This document shows, piece by piece, positions 28,191 to 37,675 of a DNA stretch of 64,000 nt. The notes beneath the pieces were generated by a model. That model was not told where the DNA came from. It searched no databases and saw nothing but the letters and a program-made list of their open reading frames with translations. The DNA is from Oscillospiraceae bacterium. Its GTDB lineage: Bacteria > Bacillota > Clostridia > Oscillospirales > Oscillospiraceae. The translations under genes were made by a program, and so were the position numbers. Position 1 is the stretch's first letter; each line of letters begins with the position of its first letter. The DNA lies in the NCBI GenBank assembly GCA_017624715.1, contig JAGAMN010000009.1:23182-87181 (forward strand). The letters run 5' to 3'.

Positions 28191-29075
28191 TTATACGGTT
28201 CGGTTAATCAGGCTCAAGGCCAGTTCCCGCATATAAGCGGTGTCCTGGAAGGCGGAAAGCTGATCCAGGGCGGTTTTTGTGTAAGTATCCACGAGATGGG
28301 CGCATTTTTCCAGTCCATAGAGCCGGACGAAGGTGTTCTTATTGGCATCGGTGCCAACGCCCTTGCCCATTTCTTCCTGAGTACCGATGACATCAAGCAT
28401 ATCGTCCCGGATCTGGAAGGCCATGCCCAAGGCTCCGGCGAAGCCTGCGGCAGCCTGGAGCTGTTCCTGGGTACCGCCGGCAGCAATAACACCCAAAACA
28501 CAGGCGGCATTGATCAGGGCACCTGTTTTCCGGGACTGAATATCCAACACTTCCTGCTCGGTGAGGGTGCGCTCTTCGCTCTTAGTGTCCAGCACCTGGC
28601 CGCCAACCATGCCGAGAGAACCGGCATTCTCCGAAAGAACCTGAATGGCAAAGGCGATATCCCTACCAGCAATGTCTGCAGAAGCAGCAACAGCAAAGGC
28701 ATCGGTCAGCAATGCGTCACCGGCCAAAACAGCAAGGGTTTCACCGTAGACCTTATGGTTGGTGGGTCTGCCGCGACGGAAGTCGTCGTTATCCATGCAA
28801 GGCAGGTCATCGTGGATGAGGCTATAGTTGTGGATCATTTCCACAGCTGCTGCAAAGGGGGCTGCTTTTTCCCAATCACCGCCGCACATACGGCAGAACT
28901 CAAAGGCAAAAACCGGGCGCAGGCGCTTTCCGGGGGCAAGGAGACTATACTCCATGGCCTCGAAGAGTTCTTTTTGGGGTTCGTTATGGAAGCGTGCATA
29001 GTACCGGGTCATATAGTCTTCGATATAGGTGCGGTACTGCGCTGTTCGCTCATTAAGCATCTGCTTCATCTGCAA
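28191..29075 (-). CDS. ispA: Farnesyl diphosphate synthase / polyprenyl synthetase
   Basis: GKRLRP, HDDLPCMDNDDFRRG, FQIRDD. Confidence 0.93.
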   Translation of the reverse strand: MQMKQMLNERTAQYRTYIEDYMTRYYARFHNEPQKELFEAMEYSLLAPGKRLRPVFAFEFCRMCGGDWEKAAPFAAAVEMIHNYSLIHDDLPCMDNDDFRRGRPTNHKVYGETLAVLAGDALLTDAFAVAASADIAGRDIAFAIQVLSENAGSLGMVGGQVLDTKSEERTLTEQEVLDIQSRKTGALINAACVLGVIAAGGTQEQLQAAAGFAGALGMAFQIRDDMLDVIGTQEEMGKGVGTDANKNTFVRLYGLEKCAHLVDTYTKTALDQLSAFQDTAYMRELALSLINRTV

Positions 29076-29292
29076 AGTCCTCCATTACGGGGCTGCCGTC
29101 GGGGGCAGTCATAACTTTTTGGATCTGAAGCTGGGCTTCATCCAGCATCCTTGCACAGGAACGAACCAGCTCTGTGCCCTCCTGGAACAGCTTTAAACTA
29201 TCATCTAAAGGTGCGTCGCCACGCTCCATGGCACGAACGATCTGTTCCAGGCGCTGCATAGCGGCTTCAAAGGTCATTATTTTCTCGCTCAT
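29053..29292 (-). CDS. xseB: Exodeoxyribonuclease VII small subunit
   Basis: FEAAMQRLEQIV..LDDSLKLFQEG. Confidence 0.93.
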   Translation of the reverse strand: MSEKIMTFEAAMQRLEQIVRAMERGDAPLDDSLKLFQEGTELVRSCARMLDEAQLQIQKVMTAPDGSPVMEDFADEADA

Positions 29293-29296
29293 GGGA

Positions 29297-30499
29297 TCAC
29301 TCCTTCCTGTCGGTGACGGCAGCATTGATGCGACCGTCGCTGAGATGAACGGTTATGGTATCACCCTTTTGGACTTGGGTGACAGATTTCAATACTTCGC
29401 CGGTTTCTGTTTGCGCCATGGCATAGCCACGGGTCAGCACCTTCAATGGACTCATGGCATCCAGCTTGGCAGCCAATTCCACATAGCGGCGTTTTTTACG
29501 GTCTGTGCCCTGAATTTGAGCAGACACAAGGCGGTTTTTTAGCATTTCAATATTCTTGCGTTTTTGATCCAGGTAGCCAGTGGGGCTGTGCAAAGCCGGG
29601 CTGGCGGACAAGACCTGCAAATGCTGCTTTGCAGCTTTTACCTGACGGGTTAGGCTGCTGGCCATAGCACCGGACATGGCATCCAAGTTCTGCCGTAGAG
29701 CATCCTGATCGGGAACTGCCAATTCAGCGCCGTTGGAGGGGGTTGCTGCTCGGAGGTCAGCAACATAGTCCGCTATGGTTACATCCGGTTCATGACCGAC
29801 TGCAGAAATGATGGGTATCTGGGATTCGTAGATGGCATAGGCCACCCGTTCATCATTGAAAGCCCACAGATCTTCGATAGAACCGCCGCCGCGGCCAACG
29901 ATCATCAGATCTGCAAGGCGATAATGATTGGCGTAGCGTATCGCTCCAGCGATCTCCGGAGGGGCTTCTACACCTTGCACCCGGACTGGCAGGAGCAGGA
30001 CCTTGCAAAGGGGGTAACGTTTGCGCAATATACGAAGCATATCGTGGACGGCTGCACCGGCAGAACTGGTGACGATGCCGATGGTTTGGGGATATTTCGG
30101 TATCGGCTTCTTATGCGCAGGATCAAACAGTCCCTGGGCAGCTAGTTTGGCCTTTAGCTGCTCAAAGGCAACATGAAGATCACCAACACCATCGGGTGAC
30201 AAGGCTGTGCAATACAGCTGATAGGCACCGTCACGGGGAAAGACCGATATCTTGCCCATGGCGATGACCTTCATACCGTTTTCCGGGCGGAATCGCAGGC
30301 GCATCGCGTTGCCCTTAAATAGGACACAGCGAAGAGCACCGCCTTCATCCTTGAGAGTAAAATAATGGTGACCGGAGGGATACAGTTTATAGTTACTGAT
30401 CTCACCTCGAATGGCCAAATTGCCAAGGAGCGGATCTGCATCCATTTGGGCGCGGATATATTCGTTGATTTGTGTAACTGAAATGACCTTCTGCTCCAT
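29297..30499 (-). CDS. xseA: Exodeoxyribonuclease VII large subunit
   Basis: GEISN, SGHHYFTLKD, RGGGSIEDLWAFN, SAVGHE. Confidence 0.96.
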   Translation of the reverse strand: MEQKVISVTQINEYIRAQMDADPLLGNLAIRGEISNYKLYPSGHHYFTLKDEGGALRCVLFKGNAMRLRFRPENGMKVIAMGKISVFPRDGAYQLYCTALSPDGVGDLHVAFEQLKAKLAAQGLFDPAHKKPIPKYPQTIGIVTSSAGAAVHDMLRILRKRYPLCKVLLLPVRVQGVEAPPEIAGAIRYANHYRLADLMIVGRGGGSIEDLWAFNDERVAYAIYESQIPIISAVGHEPDVTIADYVADLRAATPSNGAELAVPDQDALRQNLDAMSGAMASSLTRQVKAAKQHLQVLSASPALHSPTGYLDQKRKNIEMLKNRLVSAQIQGTDRKKRRYVELAAKLDAMSPLKVLTRGYAMAQTETGEVLKSVTQVQKGDTITVHLSDGRINAAVTDRKE

Positions 30500-30500
30500 A

Positions 30501-31424
30501 TCAGCCCTCCGTCAGTCGGTGGGCGAGGACAGCAACGCCCATGGCATTATCGGTGGAATACTGAGGATCGCAGAAGACCGGATTTAAGTCTGCTGTCAAT
30601 TCTCTGAGCATGGAATTTGAGGCAACACCGCCGGAGAATACAACAGGCAAACCGGGGTGTTGCTGCAAGGCATTTTCCGTAGCCTTGTGGACAGCGTTGG
30701 CGACACAACGCAGGGTGTATGCGGCAGTTTCTGCGGCATCACCGGAGGACTGGTAGAACTGCTGAACTTTATTCTGCACACCGGACAGAGAGAATTCCGG
30801 ACCATTACATTTGACCTTAAACATGTTCTTCCCTACTGCCTGAGTGCTCAAGACATCCAAGTGCTTTCCAGATGGAAACGGAAGATTCAGAAGCTGCCCG
30901 GTACGGTCGATGAGCTGGCCGGCAGAAATATCGGTTGTACCTCCGATCTTGGTGCAGCGGACATTTTTGCCATTGGGTTCAACCAGCAGGAGTTCTGTTG
31001 TTCCGCCGGACAAGTGCCAAGCCAGGTGGGGTGTATCCATCAAGTCCAGTCTGCCTGCGCTCCAAAGGGATGCAGCCACATGGCCTTGTTGGTGGGACAC
31101 TTCCACAAGAGGAACGCACAGGCTGTCAGAAAGGAGCTTTGCGTGAGAATATCCAACCATAAAGCAAGGCATATAACTGCCTTCCACGGCTCTGGGGCGG
31201 GTCGAAACACCAACTGCGGTGATATGCGGTCGCTTTACATGGGAAAACAGCCTGCCGGATAGCTCCGGCAGGCCTTTGATATGGGCAAATACTGCGTCGG
31301 ATTGACGCAGGCCAAGCTCGCCCTCTTTTACGGGCAAAAGCTTGGAACAATTTACGCCATCCTTGCCGTCGAAATATGCGACGGAGGTGGTGTAATTGCT
31401 GGTATCAAACCCGATGACACTCAT
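30501..31424 (-). CDS. TsaD/Kae1-like (glycoprotease family) paralog
   Basis: GFDTSNYTTS, SHQQGH, LSGGTT, SGGVASN, STDNA. Confidence 0.8.
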   Translation of the reverse strand: MSVIGFDTSNYTTSVAYFDGKDGVNCSKLLPVKEGELGLRQSDAVFAHIKGLPELSGRLFSHVKRPHITAVGVSTRPRAVEGSYMPCFMVGYSHAKLLSDSLCVPLVEVSHQQGHVAASLWSAGRLDLMDTPHLAWHLSGGTTELLLVEPNGKNVRCTKIGGTTDISAGQLIDRTGQLLNLPFPSGKHLDVLSTQAVGKNMFKVKCNGPEFSLSGVQNKVQQFYQSSGDAAETAAYTLRCVANAVHKATENALQQHPGLPVVFSGGVASNSMLRELTADLNPVFCDPQYSTDNAMGVAVLAHRLTEG

Positions 31425-31879
31425 TTTACTTCCTCGGTATTCAAACTCCGGGCAAAGCTGCCCAGGATGCCGTTAACGAAGGAGCCGGTATCGTCTCCAT
31501 CGTACTTCTTGGCCAGTCGGACCGCTTCAGAAACAGCTACGCCGGTGGGAACATCCTCAACATACAGGATCTCATAGATAGCAAGCTGCATAATGGTACG
31601 AGCCAGGCGGGAAATTCTTGTTACATCCCAACCAATGGAGAATTTCTGGATCTGCTCATTCAGATCGTCACAACGGTTGGCAACGCCTTCCACCACAGCA
31701 TCGATATACGCACGCTGAGGACGACTGGGGCGCTCTTCATAAATTTCATTGTCGGCGGACAGCTTCTGATAATACTCCTTCTCCAGCCGCAAGGCGATCA
31801 GATCCTTAGGCTCATCACCGGTGAAGGACTGGGAATAAATCAGATGTACCGCCAGTTCTCTGGCATTTGCTCTAGTCAT
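31421..31879 (-). CDS. nusB: Transcription antitermination factor NusB
   Basis: RANARE, EAVRLAKKY, FVNGILG. Confidence 0.95.
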   Translation of the reverse strand: MTRANARELAVHLIYSQSFTGDEPKDLIALRLEKEYYQKLSADNEIYEERPSRPQRAYIDAVVEGVANRCDDLNEQIQKFSIGWDVTRISRLARTIMQLAIYEILYVEDVPTGVAVSEAVRLAKKYDGDDTGSFVNGILGSFARSLNTEEVK

Positions 31880-31889
31880 CGTTTACCTC

Positions 31890-32258
31890 TTACTGGCGGA
31901 CGATACCGCAGACATTGACATTGACGGCGGCTACATTAATGCCGGTGGCGGATTCCAGAGCGGAAGTAACGGCAGTCTGAACAGCCTGAGCAACCGTGAC
32001 AACGCTATGGCCGTAAGCCACGACAACATTGCAATCGACACAGACAGAATTGTCCTCGGAAATGGTGATCTTCATGCCCTTGCCCCAGTTTTTCATGCCA
32101 ATCTTGTCGGCAATATCCGCGCCGGGCTTGGTGGTCAGGCCAATGATGCCCTCAACATCGGCCACCGCGTTGGCAACGATGGTGGCGATCACGTCCTCAG
32201 AGATCATAACGATGCCGTTATCCTGCACCTGAGTAACATACTGCTTATTATCAGCCAT
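31890..32258 (-). CDS. Asp23/Gls24 family protein
   Basis: ISEDVIATI..KGMKI..VNVNVCGI; typical position upstream of nusB. Confidence 0.9.
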   Translation of the reverse strand: MADNKQYVTQVQDNGIVMISEDVIATIVANAVADVEGIIGLTTKPGADIADKIGMKNWGKGMKITISEDNSVCVDCNVVVAYGHSVVTVAQAVQTAVTSALESATGINVAAVNVNVCGIVRQ

Positions 32259-32417
32259 GGGAGTACCTCCTAAATCATAGGTGCATACTTACACACCATA
32301 CTTTTTAGTTAGTATACCAAAAAAACTGTTACAAGTCAATGCACAATGTAATCCCTGAAAGGTTTTTTCAAACAAAAACGCTGTCATGTCCGTGAAACGG
32401 CAATGACAGCGCATAGA

Positions 32418-32966
32418 TTACGGAACTTCTACCACTCGGATCTGCTCCATGGTAAAGCCCGATTGGGTAATGACAATATCAGCGATGACTGCAACATCTG
32501 TTTGCTGCATGCCGCCCTCGGGGCTGGCAACAGCTACAGCGATTCCGGTATCGGTCATGTACGCAACGCAATCCGTATAGCCCTTAGCAATGATCAAGCT
32601 TTCGATCTGAGCTTCGCACAGGGCAGTCTGCACGATTTGCTCCAACTGCGCCTGCGGATCAGCACCGGAGCCCTCACCGTAGGACATTGCCTCCTGCAGC
32701 AGGCTTACAGCGTTGTCGCGGGCTTCCTGGCGAGACAGACGAACAGCAGCGAAATAATCGGATACCGTATCCCCCTCAAGCTCGCCGCTGACCGGCTCAT
32801 TTAAGTCCAAAATAATACCGTTTTGCGACATGACCTTTTCTGCGTCCAAAGTATCGGTCAGGTCGGCAACGCTTTGGGCATTGGTATACATCCAGTTCAT
32901 GTAGATCCCGGCGCATACCACCAGTAGCACAGCCGCTGCCATCAAATTCTTTTTCCAGTTTTTCAT
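32418..32966 (-). CDS. spoIIIAH: Stage III sporulation protein AH
   Basis: N-terminal TM; YFAAVRLSR, ESLIIAKG; last gene of the spoIIIA operon. Confidence 0.9.
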   Translation of the reverse strand: MKNWKKNLMAAAVLLVVCAGIYMNWMYTNAQSVADLTDTLDAEKVMSQNGIILDLNEPVSGELEGDTVSDYFAAVRLSRQEARDNAVSLLQEAMSYGEGSGADPQAQLEQIVQTALCEAQIESLIIAKGYTDCVAYMTDTGIAVAVASPEGGMQQTDVAVIADIVITQSGFTMEQIRVVEVP

Positions 32967-32982
32967 ATCTGATTGCCTCCAT

Positions 32983-33486
32983 TCATTTCATTTTCAATAC
33001 GGAAATCTGGTCTGCGCCCAGGCCGGTTGCCCTGGATACCGCTTCGACGATTGCCAGTTTTACAGCCGGCTTGCCGGCTCCCTGGCAGACGATGATCGCA
33101 CCCTGGTATTTAGCACCGATCACCTGCTGTATTAGCCCTAATTCGTTACCCTGGGAGTCTTTAATGATGACCGTATCATATCGGGAGGTATCCGCGCCAC
33201 CCCCCGACAGATCTGTATCTTCCTGATATACCGTCTTCTCTGATGATGAAACGGTCAGCATGACCTGCACCTTCCCTGCTCCATCGATTTTGGCGAGTAT
33301 ATCTTCGAGCCTTTGTTCCATGCTATTTACTTCCGTCGGGTAAGCTTGGGTTTGGGACTGGGTTTCTGGCTTGCTGCCGCCGAAGGGTATACAGATAAGC
33401 AGTAATCCAATGGCTGCAACCACCAAAGCATATTTATGTTTGCGTATGCCTTCCAATGCCTTATTTTTAATCGTTATTACATCCAT
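32983..33486 (-). CDS. spoIIIAG: Stage III sporulation protein AG
   Basis: LEDILAKIDGAGKVQVML, GAIIVCQGA; synteny. Confidence 0.9.
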   Translation of the reverse strand: MDVITIKNKALEGIRKHKYALVVAAIGLLLICIPFGGSKPETQSQTQAYPTEVNSMEQRLEDILAKIDGAGKVQVMLTVSSSEKTVYQEDTDLSGGGADTSRYDTVIIKDSQGNELGLIQQVIGAKYQGAIIVCQGAGKPAVKLAIVEAVSRATGLGADQISVLKMK

Positions 33487-33956
33487 ATTTGTGCCTCCGT
33501 GGGTATGCCGAGATCCCTTTCTATGATACTGCTTAGCTTTTCCCTGTTATATGGGGAGATGTTCCCGCGGATACGTACCCCAGCGGGTACGGGAATTTGG
33601 GAATCATCCAGCATCACCTCCACAGTCAGTTCGACACCGAGAGTTTCGGCTTTGTCCAAGATATATGCCCGGGTACTGGCGATTATGCTCTCGGCCATCG
33701 CTTCACGGGCAGCATTTTGTCCTGAGAGCGTTAGCCGATCACCTTCGGATAAAATCTGGTCTTTTAGATCTGCCAGCTCGCCCAGTCGGAGTTGTCCCCA
33801 AGGGGCAACGATGGAGAGGGTCATATAGATACCGGCAATCAATTTGACCGCAGCACCCAAGGCGCCTTTATTACCCAACAGGGATGTAGCGATGCCGCAC
33901 AGCAAGGCTGCTGTAACTACACTCAACAGGTATTTACCCATGTCCAAATCAGCCAA
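33477..33956 (-). CDS. spoIIIAF: Stage III sporulation protein AF
   Basis: Two N-terminal TM helices; position in operon. Confidence 0.75.
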   Translation of the reverse strand: MADLDMGKYLLSVVTAALLCGIATSLLGNKGALGAAVKLIAGIYMTLSIVAPWGQLRLGELADLKDQILSEGDRLTLSGQNAAREAMAESIIASTRAYILDKAETLGVELTVEVMLDDSQIPVPAGVRIRGNISPYNREKLSSIIERDLGIPTEAQIWM

Positions 33957-34989
33957 CTCCTCTCATAAAACATACGGTGCTGACCAGAAGCAGTGTACAC
34001 ATCGCAGCCGTCATACCAAGCAGAAGACCCATCGCGCCGGAAAACTGATCGATCAGCTGGGAGGGTTCTTTTGCGCCGAAAGTGGCACACAGCGCTCCTG
34101 TAAGCTTCAGGAGCAAGTACTGGGCGCCGATTTGCAGGAACGGCGCGATCCATACCGACAAAACTGCCAGCAGTCCATAGGTTCCAACAGCGTTTTTCAT
34201 TACACCTGCGCCCACCAGCACCGCTTCTGATGCATCCGATAAAATGCCGCCCACTACAGGAATCATGCCGGACATAGTTATTTTCGTTACCTTTATAGCT
34301 GTGGCATCGGCACTGCCGCTGATGACGCCGGTAATCGTGATATAGCCAGTGAATATATATATAATGATTTTTAAGCACCAGGAAACGAAGCTTTTTACCA
34401 GGTCACGCAGTTTATTCAAGCGCTCAGAGCCGGTGGCAGTACCGGCAATCGCCAGGATTAAATATCCGTAAACCATTGGGATCAGCAATTTTGCGATAGC
34501 TGTACCTAAGATCGTATCAAATACAGCTGTGCCGGCATACAGTGCTGTTGCGCCGGTAACGCCGCCCTGGGCGGCCAAAGCTGCTGTAAGCACCGGTAAG
34601 AGCAATTTTCCGTAATCGCTCAATTCCCGGATAGTTTTTACCCCAAGGCTAAGCATACTGCTTGTCCGGCTTAACAGAATTCCGGCTATCGCCAACGAGG
34701 AGACCAATGAGATAACCTTTTTTACATCCGTGGGCATGGTCTGCAGAACGCTATGAAGCATCACAATACCGACTAGTGACAAGCAGACACCGGCTGCCTC
34801 TGCAAGTGACGGGCTGATTAGGCCGATGGCTTTGCCTAGCACCTTTGACAACCCCTGGGAAAAGGTTTCTGTTTGGGCCGGCATCAGGTCTGCACCGGAA
34901 TCCGGCACCGTTGGCGCGGTATAATCCATAGCCCATGCCGGTTGTGCCAGATTGAATATCAAGAATATTAACAGGAGGACCTTTTTCAT
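33949..34989 (-). CDS. spoIIIAE: Stage III sporulation protein AE
   Basis: Multi-TM; IPVVGGILSDA..KNAVG. Confidence 0.9.
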   Translation of the reverse strand: MKKVLLLIFLIFNLAQPAWAMDYTAPTVPDSGADLMPAQTETFSQGLSKVLGKAIGLISPSLAEAAGVCLSLVGIVMLHSVLQTMPTDVKKVISLVSSLAIAGILLSRTSSMLSLGVKTIRELSDYGKLLLPVLTAALAAQGGVTGATALYAGTAVFDTILGTAIAKLLIPMVYGYLILAIAGTATGSERLNKLRDLVKSFVSWCLKIIIYIFTGYITITGVISGSADATAIKVTKITMSGMIPVVGGILSDASEAVLVGAGVMKNAVGTYGLLAVLSVWIAPFLQIGAQYLLLKLTGALCATFGAKEPSQLIDQFSGAMGLLLGMTAAMCTLLLVSTVCFMRGVG

Positions 34990-35381
34990 ATGCCACCCAT
35001 AATCCTCTCAATCAGATCCAGTAAGGATTCCATTAACGGCAAGGATATCCACAGCACTACAACCGTCGCGGCAATCTGCAGAGATTTTCCGAGAGCGCTG
35101 TTACCCGAATCGTTACAAATCAGCACTGCAAACTCCGTTACCAGTCCGATACCTACCGCTTTCAGCAGGATCTGCCCGTAGCCATCATCCAGTTGCCCCA
35201 TGGTTTGCAGACGCTTTACGAATTCCATTACCGGTTGTAGATAAACAGCAGCTGCCAGCAATATCATGCAGCAAACCACCATGGTCAAAACCAAAGAGAT
35301 ATCCTTGCTATGCTTGCCTAGGGCGATGCCCAGCACCACGGTCAGCATCGCCCCGGCTACCCATTGCCAAAAGGAATCCAT
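34986..35381 (-). CDS. spoIIIAD: Stage III sporulation protein AD
   Basis: LLKAVGIG..ICNDSG; synteny. Confidence 0.88.
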   Translation of the reverse strand: MDSFWQWVAGAMLTVVLGIALGKHSKDISLVLTMVVCCMILLAAAVYLQPVMEFVKRLQTMGQLDDGYGQILLKAVGIGLVTEFAVLICNDSGNSALGKSLQIAATVVVLWISLPLMESLLDLIERIMGGI

Positions 35382-35575
35382 CAGAAACGAAACAGACGCT
35401 TGACCAGCTCAAACAAGTCTGCAATCTTCTGCGCCATCATCATAAGTACCACAACCAATCCTGCCAGCATGGTCATCATCGCCTGCTCGTCCCGCCCGGA
35501 GCGAGCCAACACCTGGTGCAAGATGGTAACGATGATGCCAATGGCGGCAATTTTAAATATCAGATCGATTTCCAT
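35381..35575 (-). CDS. spoIIIAC: Stage III sporulation protein AC
   Basis: MEIDLIFKIAAIGIIV..GRDEQA..LAG. Confidence 0.95.
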   Translation of the reverse strand: MEIDLIFKIAAIGIIVTILHQVLARSGRDEQAMMTMLAGLVVVLMMMAQKIADLFELVKRLFRF

Positions 35576-35578
35576 AGG

Positions 35579-36091
35579 CTATAAAAACAAAATTGCCAAG
35601 GCCGCCCCGGCGCACAGACCCAAAGTCTGGTAACTGCGGATACGCTGGGTACGGTTATTTTCCAGGTCTTCCAGCTGTCTGTTGCAGGAGGCTTGTACAG
35701 CTTTAATGCCCTGCAGTTGCCCATCAAGGTCATATTCTCCCAGAGAGCGGCTCAAATCCGTAAGGGCAAATAAAACTTTACCGGGCAGTTCACGGCTGCG
35801 GTGCAGCGCAGATGCCATACAGTAGGCTGCATCCGGGGCGATTTGGTTTTCTAACTCCTTGGATACATTGGCAAACAAATTTGCAAGCTGTCCGGTGGAG
35901 GCATTGGCAGCTTTGCGAAACAGTTCCGGTAAGGGTGTCATTCGGTATTCCAGGTCACAGCAGAACATGTCCATGATGCGGATCAATTGCCGCAAAGTAT
36001 TTTCCTCTCGTTTATAATTCAGCGCCATTCCGAAGCCGATGCCGCCGCAGCCGGCTATGATCAGAATCGCGCCAAGCCAATGTAAATTCAT
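35579..36091 (-). CDS. spoIIIAB: Stage III sporulation protein AB
   Basis: N-terminal TM; YRMTPLP, LGEYD, YQTLG. Confidence 0.88.
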   Translation of the reverse strand: MNLHWLGAILIIAGCGGIGFGMALNYKREENTLRQLIRIMDMFCCDLEYRMTPLPELFRKAANASTGQLANLFANVSKELENQIAPDAAYCMASALHRSRELPGKVLFALTDLSRSLGEYDLDGQLQGIKAVQASCNRQLEDLENNRTQRIRSYQTLGLCAGAALAILFL

Positions 36092-36921
36092 AGTTTCATC
36101 CTTTCCAATTTCCAGGACTTGTCCTTTTGAAGTACGATGGCAGACCGAAAGAGTCGTGTCTGCACCAACGGTCGGTAGACAGGCCGAGAATACAAATCCT
36201 GAACATCTGCTGCATGTGCAGTGGCAAGGAGCTGAACGCCGCACCATCCAGCCCGAATCAATGCGTTACAATCGGATTCCGATGTGATTTCATCCATTGC
36301 AATGCAGGATGGACCAAGGGTACGCAGGGCCATGTCGATACCACTGGGTTTATCGCAAAGGGACAGCACATCCATTTGTCTGCCGGGCATGAAATCTGCC
36401 GCCTGTGGGTAGAGCTCTCCCCTTTCGTCGATCACCGATACGCAGGTTTTATCCGCAATTTGGCGTATAAGGTCACGTAAGAATGTAGTCTTGCCGCTGC
36501 CTGGAGGGCCGAGGATCAGCATGGTATCGGAAACTTGTCCGACGGATGCTGCAATTCCAGGAAAATCACGAGCCACACGGATGCATAGACTTGTCAAATA
36601 TTTAATGCCGGTGATCTGACCGTCACGGATAACAGCCTCGCCGCCAATCCCAATACGGTGGCCACCCTGGGCGGTAAGATACCCCTGAGAAATCGTAGTC
36701 GCTGCCCAGGGAGAATAGCGGCTGGCGGCATTTACAGTATAATTCAAATCTGCGGCTGTGATAACAGTTTTTAACCAATGGGTTTGCTTATGGCAGATCA
36801 GTTGCACCGGTTGTGACTTTCGCAGGCGAATCTCCTGCAGCATTTCTCTGCCCAGGTTGTCCACATCCTGCCGGATACTTTGCGGCAGGATGGCAAGCAA
36901 TTCTTTCCAGGCGCATTTCAT
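36088..36921 (-). CDS. spoIIIAA: Stage III sporulation protein AA (ATPase)
   Basis: EIRLR, GGHRIG, GPPGSGKTT, DERGE, DEI; sigmaE-like CATAGTCT at 36941-36948. Confidence 0.92.
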   Translation of the reverse strand: MKCAWKELLAILPQSIRQDVDNLGREMLQEIRLRKSQPVQLICHKQTHWLKTVITAADLNYTVNAASRYSPWAATTISQGYLTAQGGHRIGIGGEAVIRDGQITGIKYLTSLCIRVARDFPGIAASVGQVSDTMLILGPPGSGKTTFLRDLIRQIADKTCVSVIDERGELYPQAADFMPGRQMDVLSLCDKPSGIDMALRTLGPSCIAMDEITSESDCNALIRAGWCGVQLLATAHAADVQDLYSRPVYRPLVQTRLFRSAIVLQKDKSWKLERMKL

Positions 36922-37015
36922 TTGCATCATCTCCTGGAAAAGACTATGCGCCCGACGGCTGCAACATGCCATCGGGCGCAAAAATAGCCGGCGGACAAGC
37001 CGCCGGCTTTTGGAT

Positions 37016-37600
37016 TTATTTTTTATTGACGAAGTGTGCGATGCGCTGACCTGCAGGGCTGAAAACCACATTGATCATCAGCTCCGGTACAAAGTTTGCC
37101 AGGATCAAACCAGTGAGGATATAGCCCAGCACATCTGCGCCGCCTGCCCAAGCAGAGAGAACCTCATTGAAGAACAGCAGCATGCATGCAACAAATACGC
37201 CGGTATTAACCAACGGACAAATAATGGCTGCGCAGAGCATAGCCAAATAGGAATTGACCTTACACAGCAGCTTATACACGCCTCCGGAAGCCAGACCGGC
37301 AAGGGTGCCCTTGCCCATAACTACCAGAAAGCACAGAACGGGGTTCGCCTGGAAGACCATGGCTCCACCGGGATCTGCACCGGTAACGCAGTTGATGTAC
37401 ACGATCGTGCCAAAAGTTGCGCCCAAAAGTGCTCCTGCACCGGGGCCAAAGACCGCAGCACCTAAGACAATGGGGATCAGCACCAACGAGATGGAGAATC
37501 CACCAATCGGAGGGATAATGCTGCTCAGTGCCTGCATGACCACAACCATGGCCATCAATAGAGCGATTCCCACCATACGTTTGATTTTCGGGTTTTTCAA
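37016..37600 (-). CDS. ECF transporter S component (PanT-like)
   Basis: IPIVLGAAVFGP..GALLG..FG; TTG start with RBS aggagg. Confidence 0.8.
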   Translation of the reverse strand: MKNPKIKRMVGIALLMAMVVVMQALSSIIPPIGGFSISLVLIPIVLGAAVFGPGAGALLGATFGTIVYINCVTGADPGGAMVFQANPVLCFLVVMGKGTLAGLASGGVYKLLCKVNSYLAMLCAAIICPLVNTGVFVACMLLFFNEVLSAWAGGADVLGYILTGLILANFVPELMINVVFSPAGQRIAHFVNKK

Positions 37601-37675
37601 TTGAATATCCTCCTTGCTGTCGCTCCGGCGTTCCGGATGCGATGCATAATATTATCAAGCAGTTATCTGCATTGA

